Assembly: GCA_018062205.1 (NCBI GenBank) | Contig: JAGOSP010000001.1 | Span: forward strand, 34,810-98,809 | DNA: 64,000 bases | Direction of reading: 5' to 3' | DNA from: Candidatus Moraniibacteriota bacterium | GTDB lineage: Bacteria > Patescibacteriota > Minisyncoccia > Moranbacterales > UBA1568 | Shown here: piece after piece, positions 18,708 to 27,328 of the stretch | Layout of the letters: the number at the start of each line of letters is the position of its first letter | Position numbering within the stretch: the stretch's first letter is position 1 | Notes under the pieces: generated by a model | Databases searched by the model: none | What the model saw: the letters and a program-made list of their open reading frames with translations, nothing else | Told to the model about the DNA's origin: nothing | Translations under genes and position numbers: made by a program

Positions 18708-19256
18708 TTATTCTGGTGCGATAAGAGCGGAAAATCCTTTGGGTGCACGTTTGATTTCTTCTTCGAACTTAAACGGGGTGGTGAGACTTTTGAGAAAGAC
18801 ATTCATATTTTCTTTCGCTTTGTCTCCGAGAGCCTTTTCGCGACCATGAAGGACTAGCTCAACTCGTATTTTGTGTCCCTTGGCCATAAATCCTTCAGCC
18901 TGAGCTTTTTTGAAGGAGAGATCGTGTGTGTCGGTGTTGAAGCCGATACGAATACCCTTGATGTCAATTTTCTTTTGCTTTGCTTTGGCCTGTTGCTCTT
19001 TTTTGGCTTGCTGGTAGACGAGCTTTCCGTAGTCAGTAATCTTACAGACAGGAGGTTTGGCAAGAGGAGACACTTCAACGAGGTCTGCATCCCGTTCAAG
19101 TGCAAATGCAATGGCCGCATCAAGTGCCATGATGCCATGATTTTCACCTGCTTCATCAATGACGACGACTTCGGTCGCAAGAATTTGCTCATTGATACGC
19201 ATGGTATCCTTTGGGCGGATCTTTGGTTTGGGTCGATTGTGCCTTCTTCGTCTCAT
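18708..19256 (-). CDS. infC: Translation initiation factor IF-3
   Basis: RINEQILATEVVVIDEAGENHGIM...VEVSPLAKPPVCKITDYGK is IF3-like. The start is uncertain: ATG at 19256 was chosen, and IF3 often uses atypical start codons. Confidence 0.8.
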   Translation of the reverse strand: MRRRRHNRPKPKIRPKDTMRINEQILATEVVVIDEAGENHGIMALDAAIAFALERDADLVEVSPLAKPPVCKITDYGKLVYQQAKKEQQAKAKQKKIDIKGIRIGFNTDTHDLSFKKAQAEGFMAKGHKIRVELVLHGREKALGDKAKENMNVFLKSLTTPFKFEEEIKRAPKGFSALIAPE

Positions 19257-19282
19257 GAGAACTGTATTTAAAAACAAAATTG

Positions 19283-19715
19283 TGGAGCTGATGGGTATTG
19301 CACCCATGTCCAGTCATATTCCTTCAAAATAGTCTACAAGCATAGTCCGCTGTGGATTCCTTCTCTCATAAACAGCAGACAAAAGAGGAGAGAAGACGAG
19401 TCTTTCGCAAAAGGAAACCGAAGAAGAAAAACAAGAAGAAAGTCCTCGGACCTTCTCGAAGTATAGCACCGGTGTTTCTCTATCGAGAATTGAGAGACCG
19501 ATGGTCCAGCCTAGCCGAGTAAGCAACACCGAAGTGTGGCTCCAAGGGGATTAGGCATGGGCGAAAGCGTAAGACGGAGTAAACGCCGAAGCGAGTGCCG
19601 ACTTGGCCTTTGAGATAAAGTTTGCACTTATCAGTTGATGGAAGTGTTTGCGATCGTACCATCATGATCGGCTTGCATATTTTGAAAGTACGTCCTGTCG
19701 AATCGAGACAGCCCC
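19283..19715 (-). ncRNA. ssrA: Transfer-messenger RNA (tmRNA, ssrA)
   Basis: On the minus strand the 5' end reads GGGGCTGTCTCGATTCGACAGG, matching the tmRNA consensus GGGGCUG...GAUUCGAC. The 3' end reads GGACATGGGTGCAATACCCATCAGCTCCA, a T-arm plus an acceptor 3' strand CAGCTCC. That strand pairs with the 5' GGGGCTG including the G3:U70 wobble used for alanine charging. The gene lies immediately downstream of smpB. CCA is not encoded; the gene reads ACA. Confidence 0.8.
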
Positions 19716-19744
19716 AAGGTGTACCCATTTTTTTGGTGGGAATT

Positions 19745-19775
19745 CCAAATTCCAAACTCCAAATTCCAAAAAAGT
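19745..19775. repeat. Four tandem heptamers (ATTCCAA/ACTCCAA) just upstream of the tmRNA 5' end
   Basis: aattccaa attccaa actccaa attccaa aaaa, seen directly. On the minus strand this is TTTGGAA repeated four times in the ssrA promoter region. Confidence 0.5.
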
Positions 19776-19813
19776 GAAATTATAGAGACTGGATCTTAGA
19801 ATCAGAGGGTTGT

Positions 19814-20263
19814 TTAGGAATGATCGCGTAGGGCTCGTCTGATGCGTCGATCAGACTCTTTTTTCCCGATATCAGCACGTTTGTCAAAATCTTTTTTCCC
19901 TTTGCCCACAGCAAACTGGAGCTTCACGAGTTGTTTCCGAGTATACAATCGAATTGGCACCAATGTCAAGCCTTGAACGCGGACTTTTCCTATCAAGGAG
20001 CGGATTTCAGAGCGTCTCAGAAGGAGTTTTCGCGAGCGAGTATCTTCGTGCGGAGTCTCTTTGTAGGCGTGGAGGTAGCGAGGGATAAAGGCATTCGTGA
20101 GGAAGAGTTCTTCACCATGAACGGTGACGAAAGCTCCTTTGAGGCTAATGTGTCCGGTTTTGACGCTTTTGACTTCTTCGCCGGACAATACCAAACCAGC
20201 CTCGTATTGGTCTCCAAGGGTGTAATCAAAACCAGCTCGTTTATTGGTAGCAAGAGTAGTCAT
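19814..20263 (-). CDS. smpB: SsrA-binding protein SmpB
   Basis: 149 aa, GFDYTLGDQYEAGLVLSGEEVKS...KGKKDFDKR is the canonical SmpB sequence. Confidence 0.92.
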   Translation of the reverse strand: MTTLATNKRAGFDYTLGDQYEAGLVLSGEEVKSVKTGHISLKGAFVTVHGEELFLTNAFIPRYLHAYKETPHEDTRSRKLLLRRSEIRSLIGKVRVQGLTLVPIRLYTRKQLVKLQFAVGKGKKDFDKRADIGKKESDRRIRRALRDHS

Positions 20264-20383
20264 AGTGCTTATAGTATGCCGTATCGGGCGAGAGGTATCA
20301 AGTTTTTTTGAGAAAAAAATACTCCGAGATGCCGGCGAGACATATTCGGAGTTAATGGTGGCAAGCGCCCGAGAATTTTTGGA

Positions 20384-20500
20384 TCAGTGGTCTTTTTTGG
20401 TAAAACCCTGTCCTTTCGTTGTGCTCCAAAAGGACATGAATCCTACCCCGAGCAACACGAACACGATGATCGACGCGATAAAGTAAAGCCAAGACGACAT
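20384..20500 (-). CDS. Small membrane protein (38 aa), hypothetical
   Basis: Perfect AAGGAGGT Shine-Dalgarno 7 nt upstream of ATG at 20500. Sequence MSSWLYFIASIIVFVLLGVGFMSFWSTTKGQGFTKKDH has a single TM helix. Confidence 0.45.
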   Translation of the reverse strand: MSSWLYFIASIIVFVLLGVGFMSFWSTTKGQGFTKKDH

Positions 20501-20946
20501 GAGTGTGACCTCCTTGTAGGGTTGTAGAGCGGGACAGAGGAAGCGGTATTCAGTTTCCGTTGCTCTCGAATAGTGTGGTGAAGATTTCTTCACCCATTGG
20601 CAGTTGGTTAAGGGTACCGCTTAGAGCCGCCTTATTTGTCGGATTCATCTGGCGCAGTAAGGATGGGTCATTGACGAAGGCTTGTCCGCAGTTGCGACAA
20701 AACTGTACAGCGAGGCTGCCCGTATCGCCAGACAAGAGTAGAATACCATTGACAATTAGTGCTATGTTACCAGAGACATGCGAACAACGTGTCAATCGAT
20801 TACCCTTCCTTTGTAGTTACGCCGCGTAGGGCGGGTTGAGAAGCAGGAAAAAATATCCTGATTGGAGTATAATGAGCATGTTAAAGAAGTGCTTTAGAGT
20901 AAGCAATTTTTTCTACTTTGTCAAACTAGTTAGCTCTCAAAAATAT

Positions 20947-23673
20947 ATGCCAGAAAATCGACCATTCTATCAGTATGAGCCAGAGGAAATACTTACTCTC
21001 TTTGGTACGGGAGTGAAGGGTCTTTCCGAAGAGGAAATATTGGCACGCCAACTTCAATACGGAAAAAATACGATAGAAAAAAAACGAGATTACTGGGTGG
21101 TGAAACTCTTTCTCCGTCAATTCAACGATGTCTTTGTCTGGATTCTCGGGGTGGCGGGTCTTTTAGCAGTTATTGTTGGAGAATCACGGGACGCAATAGT
21201 GATTGGCATCATCATTATGGTGAATACGCTGATGGGTTTTTTCCAGGAGTTCAAGGCCGAACGAATTTTGGAGAAACTTGCACAGTATATGACTGACCGC
21301 GCTATTGTGATTCGTGGCGGAGAAAAACATGAAATCGATGCGAACGATATCGTTCCGGGAGACGTTGTTTTCCTGGATGGAGGATCAAGTGTCCCAGCTG
21401 ATGGGTATATCTTAGAGGCATATAATTTAAAAGTGAATAGTTTTATTTTTTCTGGAGAATCAGTACCCGAAGAGCGTCATTCTGGGGCAATGCAGGGAGA
21501 AATTAGACAGAATGATATAGAGAATATGCTGTTCACTGGTGAGTTAGTCGTGGCCGGTGAAGGACGCATGGTCGTGGTTGGTACCGGTACAGAAACTGAG
21601 CTGGGAAAAATGGCGCAGATGACAGCTGATATCAAACAAGAACCAACACCTCTGCAAAAAAAGATGACACGATTTGGACATGTGGTTGCTCTTCTTTCTG
21701 TGGGTATGGGAATTATCGTGTTGACCGTAGGACAACAAGCCGGACTTTCTTTGTATGAAAGCTTTTTGCTCGCCCTCGCTTTATCTGTCTCAGTGGTTCC
21801 GGAGGGATTACCAGCCGCTGTTTCTGTGGCCTTTGCTCTCGGTATGCGGAGATTGCTTAAACATAATGTATTGGCAAAAAAGCTCTCGGCCGTTGAGACG
21901 CTTGGCTCAGTTTCTATCATTTGTTCTGATAAAACAGGAACCATCACGAAAAATGAATTAACGGTGACGCAAGTGGTTCTCGGTACGACCGCGTATCAGG
22001 TGAGCGGTGTCGGATATACCCCAGAAGGAGAATTTTCTTTGAATGGAAAACCGATCAATGCCACGGTGCTACCTGGAGGAGAGATGCTTTTTCGGATTGG
22101 AGCACTTTGTAATAGCTCAAGTCTTGTTGTTGAAAAAGGAGTGTACTCGATTCTTGGTGATCCGACAGAGGGCGCTATTCTTGTTGCGACTCGAAAATAC
22201 AATGAGAAGCAGGGATTTTTTGAGATAGGAAATCACAAGATATTTGAATTACCTTTTGCTTCTGAGCGGATGCGCATGAGTGTCGTGTATCAAAATGGAA
22301 TAACGGCATCGTATGTGAAAGGCTCTCCGGATGCGTTGTTTGAGCTCTCGACGCATTGGATGACACCAGAAGGGAGGCTCCCTTTTACGATAGAGGACAA
22401 AGTTTTTGTGAGATCTCTCTATGACAAACTTTCTTCTCAGGCCTTGCGTGTCTTGGCATTTGCCTATCGTGATCTTGAGGGAATTGATGCATCTACTTAT
22501 ACCGATGAAGCGGAAAATCGGCTGACTTGGGTGGGGATGATGGCAATGATTGATCCGCCGCGCGCAGGAACAAAAGAAGCGATACAGCAGTGTCGCGAGT
22601 ATGGTATTCGGGTGGTGATGATGACAGGAGATTATGAAAAAACAGCACTTGCGATAGCGCGCGAAATTGGATTTTTTTCCTCAAACGAAAAAGAAGGAGT
22701 AGTGAACGGAGCGGTGGTTCCGGGTATGACTGATCAGGCGCTTTTGGAGTTACTCAAACAAGATATTATTTTTGCGCGTATTGCTCCAGCAGAGAAGCTG
22801 CGTATAGCCGCCTTGCTTCAATGTGAAGGACATATTGTCGCGATGACCGGGGATGGTGTAAATGATGCTCTCGCTCTAAAAAAAGCCGATATCGGCATCG
22901 CCATGGGGATTATCGGAACAGACGTATCGAAAGATGCTGCTGATATGATTCTTCTGGATGATCGCTTTGCCTCAATTGTTTCTGGAATTCGAGAAGGGAG
23001 AACTATTTTTAGTAATTTGAAAAAGTTTGTTCACTACGTGTTTACTTCAAATGCGAGTGAATTATTCACAGTTTTAATTGGATTTTTGCTGCACATTCCA
23101 ATGCCAATTACCGCAATACAAATTCTGGCGACTGATTTGGCGACTGACTTGCTCCCATCGTTTGCTCTCGGTATGGAGCCGGAAGAGCCGGGGACACAAC
23201 AAGGGAAGACGTCGAACAGGAAACAGCGCGTGATGGAGTGGGAGGGTGTTTGGCGCATTGTTATTCTCGGACTTATGATGGCCTCTGGTGCAGTCACCAC
23301 TTTTCTCTTGTCACTTTTGCGTGACGGTTGGGTGTTCGGAGAGAGCCTTCCTCTTGATGGACCTCTGTATGTTAAGGCGACCACAGCGGCCTATATCACG
23401 ATTGCTCTCACGCAAATGGCGAACCTCCTTCAATCACGGAGTGCGACTACGCCATTTTTCAAAATGCGAATCTTTTCGAATCTCTATGTATGGGGAGCGA
23501 TGACCATCTCAATTGCGATGATGATCTCGTTTACCAATCTCCCATTTTTTCAGTCTGCACTCGGGATGACGGAGATTGGAGGCATTGATTGGCTTACCGC
23601 GCTTACGTTTACTCTACTGATTTTCTTCTACGAAGAGGCGCGCAAAACGCGATTGTGGCGAAAAGCGAGTTGA
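20947..23673 (+). CDS. P-type cation-transporting ATPase (type II, Ca2+/Mg2+-like)
   Basis: ICSDKTGTIT phosphorylation motif. PEGLPA in TM4. Hinge motif MTGDGVNDALALKKADIGIAMG. Ten predicted TM segments. Start is uncertain; alternatives are 20836 and 20872. Confidence 0.9.
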   Translation: MPENRPFYQYEPEEILTLFGTGVKGLSEEEILARQLQYGKNTIEKKRDYWVVKLFLRQFNDVFVWILGVAGLLAVIVGESRDAIVIGIIIMVNTLMGFFQEFKAERILEKLAQYMTDRAIVIRGGEKHEIDANDIVPGDVVFLDGGSSVPADGYILEAYNLKVNSFIFSGESVPEERHSGAMQGEIRQNDIENMLFTGELVVAGEGRMVVVGTGTETELGKMAQMTADIKQEPTPLQKKMTRFGHVVALLSVGMGIIVLTVGQQAGLSLYESFLLALALSVSVVPEGLPAAVSVAFALGMRRLLKHNVLAKKLSAVETLGSVSIICSDKTGTITKNELTVTQVVLGTTAYQVSGVGYTPEGEFSLNGKPINATVLPGGEMLFRIGALCNSSSLVVEKGVYSILGDPTEGAILVATRKYNEKQGFFEIGNHKIFELPFASERMRMSVVYQNGITASYVKGSPDALFELSTHWMTPEGRLPFTIEDKVFVRSLYDKLSSQALRVLAFAYRDLEGIDASTYTDEAENRLTWVGMMAMIDPPRAGTKEAIQQCREYGIRVVMMTGDYEKTALAIAREIGFFSSNEKEGVVNGAVVPGMTDQALLELLKQDIIFARIAPAEKLRIAALLQCEGHIVAMTGDGVNDALALKKADIGIAMGIIGTDVSKDAADMILLDDRFASIVSGIREGRTIFSNLKKFVHYVFTSNASELFTVLIGFLLHIPMPITAIQILATDLATDLLPSFALGMEPEEPGTQQGKTSNRKQRVMEWEGVWRIVILGLMMASGAVTTFLLSLLRDGWVFGESLPLDGPLYVKATTAAYITIALTQMANLLQSRSATTPFFKMRIFSNLYVWGAMTISIAMMISFTNLPFFQSALGMTEIGGIDWLTALTFTLLIFFYEEARKTRLWRKAS

Positions 23674-23974
23674 GCGATATTATTAAAATGGGCATAAAAA
23701 AAGCCGCGGTAGAGTGCTACGCACGGCGGTGAGAGGGACAAAAAAGACGACTCCTATTTTTTTTCGGCAGTGTCCTTCCTGACTCTCCTGTAGTACAGAA
23801 AACAGAGTCCGAGAAAACAAACCAGAATATATGCCATAATACCTTTCCTTTCTGAGTTGCGACCGGAGTCGCAGGGTGGGAAAAAGCTTGAAAGACAGGG
23901 AAAAACCCTGTACGATGAACTTGTTAAAGAAAATATATACTTTACTCTAATTAATCAATTTTGTCAATACTTCT

Positions 23975-25390
23975 ATGGCTGAAAAAACTCCAGATCTTAT
24001 GGAAAAAATAGTGTCGCTCTGCAAGCGCCGTGGCTTTGTCTTTCCATCGTCGGAAATTTATGGTGGTTTCGCAGCGGTGTACGATTTCGGTCCCTATGGC
24101 GTGGAGCTAGCCAAAAATATCCGCGAGGCTTGGTGGCAGGCCATGGTGCGCGATCATGAAAATATCGTGGGGCTTGATAGTGCTATATTTATGCATCCAA
24201 AAGTTTGGGAAGCGTCTGGCCATGTCGGAGGCTTTTCCGATCCGCTCTCTGAGTGCAAGGATTGTCACTCGCGGGTGCGTGTAGATCATGTACTCGAGGA
24301 AGTCGGTGTGTCTGCTGACGAAAAAATGAATGACGAAGAAATCAATCAGTTGTTTGACTCCGTGAGAGACAAAGTGGTTTGTCCAAAATGTGGCAAGAAA
24401 AATTTTACCGAAGTAAAAAAATTCAATCAGCTCGTCCAGTCAAATCTCGGCAACTTCACGGGGGATTGGACCAAAGAACCGACCTATCTTCGGGGTGAGA
24501 CCTGTCAGGGAATCTATGTCAATTTCAAAAATGTGCTCGACTCTTCTCGGGTCAAAGTGCCGTTTGGCATCGCTCAGATTGGTAAGGCCTTCCGAAACGA
24601 GATTACCGCCAGGCAGTATATTTTCCGTACTCGAGAATTGGAGCAAATGGAACTTCAGTATTTCGTGCGTCCCGAGGAAGCAGCGACCGTATACGAAGAG
24701 TGGCGGGCCAAGCGCTTCCAGTACTATATTGACCTCGGTATCAAGCCAGAAAATCTCCGATGGCATCAGCATGAGAACCTGGTTTTTTATGCCAAAGCAG
24801 CCTGGGATATCGAATACAACTTTCCGTTCGGGTTCAAGGAATTAGAGGGGGTGCATAATCGGAGCGACTATGATTTGACCCAGCATTCGAAATTTTCTGG
24901 AGTCGACCTCTCCTATCGGGACCCGCAGACCAATGAAAAATATACACCTTGGATCGTAGAAACTTCAGTCGGAGTGGGGCGGACGTTTCTCATGGTTATG
25001 ACTGAGGCGTATACGGAAGAAAAACTGAGTGAGGACGACACGCGTATCGTTCTAAAATTTCCTAAAAAATTAGCACCAGTACAAGTAGCGGTGTTCCCGC
25101 TCATGAAGAACAAGCCGGAGTTGGTAGAGAAGGCACGTGAAATATATCTCACACTGAGAAAATCATTTCGAGTGGAATTTGATGACAATGGTAATGTCGG
25201 GAAACGTTATCGTCGGCAGGATGAAATCGGCACGCCATATTGTATCACCGTAGACTTTGATACCATCGGGCAGGGAGATAATGTCGCGCTCGCTGATACC
25301 GTCACCATCCGTGATCGTGATAACATGCAGCAGGAACGGGTAAAAATTACAGTGCTCCCTGAATATTTGAAAGAAAAATTTTCGGTATAA
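23975..25390 (+). CDS. glyQS: Glycine--tRNA ligase (dimeric alpha2 type)
   Basis: N-terminus MAEKTPDLMEKIVSLCKRRGFVFPSSEIYGG...YDFGPYG, class II aaRS motifs, 471 aa. Confidence 0.9.
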   Translation: MAEKTPDLMEKIVSLCKRRGFVFPSSEIYGGFAAVYDFGPYGVELAKNIREAWWQAMVRDHENIVGLDSAIFMHPKVWEASGHVGGFSDPLSECKDCHSRVRVDHVLEEVGVSADEKMNDEEINQLFDSVRDKVVCPKCGKKNFTEVKKFNQLVQSNLGNFTGDWTKEPTYLRGETCQGIYVNFKNVLDSSRVKVPFGIAQIGKAFRNEITARQYIFRTRELEQMELQYFVRPEEAATVYEEWRAKRFQYYIDLGIKPENLRWHQHENLVFYAKAAWDIEYNFPFGFKELEGVHNRSDYDLTQHSKFSGVDLSYRDPQTNEKYTPWIVETSVGVGRTFLMVMTEAYTEEKLSEDDTRIVLKFPKKLAPVQVAVFPLMKNKPELVEKAREIYLTLRKSFRVEFDDNGNVGKRYRRQDEIGTPYCITVDFDTIGQGDNVALADTVTIRDRDNMQQERVKITVLPEYLKEKFSV

Positions 25391-25403
25391 TTCACTGCCG
25401 AAT

Positions 25404-25991
25404 GTGGAAATGAATATGATATCGCAGGGGAAACCAAAAGAGAAGACATATATTATCGTTGCATCGATGAATCCAGTGAAGAAGCAAGCGATTTTTGAGG
25501 GATTTCAATCGGTATTTGGAACGCAAGGAATATTTGTATGTGAGGGGCTTCCATCTGATTCGGGTGTGAAGGATCAACCGGAGGGTAACCAAGAGACGCT
25601 TCGGGGGGCATATAACCGTCTTGCGGCAGCGCGTCTGGCATACCCAGAAGCAGCATACTATGCAGCACTTGAGGGCGGTGTGGAACGTATTGGTGAGAAG
25701 TTGTTTGCCTTTGCTTGGGTTGTGATCGAAGATCAGGCGCGGAAACGAGGGGAAGCGAGGACAGGTACCTTCGAATTGCCCTCAGCGATTACACAGCTTA
25801 TTACTTCTGGTATGGAACTCGGACATGCGAATGATCAGGTCTTTGGAGTGGAAAATTCGAAGCATACGAACGGAGCTTTGGGGATTTTGACAGGTGATTT
25901 AATCACACGCACATCCGAATATGCTTCGGCAACGATATTGGCACTTATTCCTTTTGCTCGGCATGCTGTGATGTATGATGACTTGGCTTGA
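25404..25991 (+). CDS. yjjX: Inosine/xanthosine triphosphatase (YjjX family, non-canonical purine NTPase)
   Basis: AFAWVVIEDQARKRGEARTGTFELP and ILALIPFARHAVMY closely parallel E. coli YjjX. Confidence 0.8.
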   Translation: MEMNMISQGKPKEKTYIIVASMNPVKKQAIFEGFQSVFGTQGIFVCEGLPSDSGVKDQPEGNQETLRGAYNRLAAARLAYPEAAYYAALEGGVERIGEKLFAFAWVVIEDQARKRGEARTGTFELPSAITQLITSGMELGHANDQVFGVENSKHTNGALGILTGDLITRTSEYASATILALIPFARHAVMYDDLA

Positions 25992-26036
25992 ACTCACAAA
26001 TCGGGTATAATTCACCCTTAATAATCGAATGAACAA

Positions 26037-27314
26037 ATGACTATGAAATACGAAAAAATGACACTTAAGAACGGACTGCGTATAGTGCTTGCGCCGATGG
26101 CAGAAGCAGAGACGGTGACCGTGTTGGTGATGACTGGTGTTGGATCGCGCTATGAATCAAAAAAAGAAAATGGTATCGCGCATTTTTTGGAGCATATGAT
26201 GTTTAAGGGAACAGCCAAACGACCAACAGCACATGATATTTCAGCTGAATTGGATGGTATTGGTGCAGAATATAATGCGTTTACTGGGAAGGAATGCACG
26301 GGTTACTATGCCAAAGTTGCGGCATCACACGCGAAGACGGCGCTTGATATCGTGAGTGATATTTTTATGAATGCCAAGCTTGAGCAAGAAGAGATCACCC
26401 GAGAGAGCGGAACCATTGTCCAAGAACTGAGTATGTATGAGGATATGCCGATGCGACATATCAATGATATCTTTGAGTCGCATTTATACGGAGATCATCC
26501 GCTCGGTTGGGAAATCATTGGAACGAAAGAAAATATTTGCTCATTTAAGCGAGCAGATTTCGTGCGTTATATGAAGCGTGGGTATGTCGCGGAGAATGTC
26601 GTTGTTGGTGTAGCAGGAAAATTTGATGCCAAGCAAATACAAAAGGATATTGAATCACGATTCGCACATATTGGGCATGGAGTGAAGCCGGCCTGTAAAA
26701 AAGTTTCTGATAAGCAATCGTCGCCAAGCCTGTTCATTCAGAAGAAAAAAACAGATCAAACACACATGCTGCTTGGCGTACGAGCATTTGATATGTTTCA
26801 TCCAGATCGATATGCGCTGGCAGTTCTGGCAACCATTCTTGGGAGCGGTATGTCGAGCAGGCTTTTTATTCAGGTGAGAGAGCGGCGTGGCTTGGCTTAT
26901 AATGTGCATACCAGCGTTGAGGCCTATCGTGATGCGGGATATTTGGCGACCCAGTGTGGTGTTGAGCACGGCAATCTTGAAGAAACAATCCGGGTTATTC
27001 TTGATGAATATCGAAACATTGCGACTCATCTCGTGACAGACCAAGAACTCACGAAGGCTAAAGAATATATCAAAGGGAAAATGGCAATGGGATTTGAGGG
27101 ATCGGACGATGTGATTGAATATTTGGTTGGACAAGAAGTATCACGTGACAAGATAGTACTGCCAGAGGAAAAAATAGCATTACTTGAAGCCGTAACACCC
27201 GAAGATATTTTGCGGGTGGCGAAGAGTGTGTTTGTGAATAAGAAACTGAATCTCGCGATTATCGGTCCTCATGCTGGGAAATCCAAGCTCGAAAAAATGT
27301 TGAACGTGGAATAG
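26037..27314 (+). CDS. M16-family zinc metallopeptidase (insulinase-like)
   Basis: Inverted zincin motif HFLEHMMFKGT, about 425 aa. Confidence 0.85.
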   Translation: MTMKYEKMTLKNGLRIVLAPMAEAETVTVLVMTGVGSRYESKKENGIAHFLEHMMFKGTAKRPTAHDISAELDGIGAEYNAFTGKECTGYYAKVAASHAKTALDIVSDIFMNAKLEQEEITRESGTIVQELSMYEDMPMRHINDIFESHLYGDHPLGWEIIGTKENICSFKRADFVRYMKRGYVAENVVVGVAGKFDAKQIQKDIESRFAHIGHGVKPACKKVSDKQSSPSLFIQKKKTDQTHMLLGVRAFDMFHPDRYALAVLATILGSGMSSRLFIQVRERRGLAYNVHTSVEAYRDAGYLATQCGVEHGNLEETIRVILDEYRNIATHLVTDQELTKAKEYIKGKMAMGFEGSDDVIEYLVGQEVSRDKIVLPEEKIALLEAVTPEDILRVAKSVFVNKKLNLAIIGPHAGKSKLEKMLNVE

Positions 27315-27328
27315 GATAAGAGGAAAAT

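Noticed and set aside
19314-19755. Two minus-strand track ORFs (71 and 91 aa) between infC and smpB
   Set aside because: They lie entirely within the tmRNA gene, which has conserved 5' and 3' tRNA-like ends. The translations are not protein-like.
23680-23957. Possible T-box leader upstream of glyQS
   Set aside because: Several small hairpins and an AGGGTGG heptamer are present. The conserved T-box sequence (AGGGUGGNACCGCG) and an antiterminator or terminator pair are not present.
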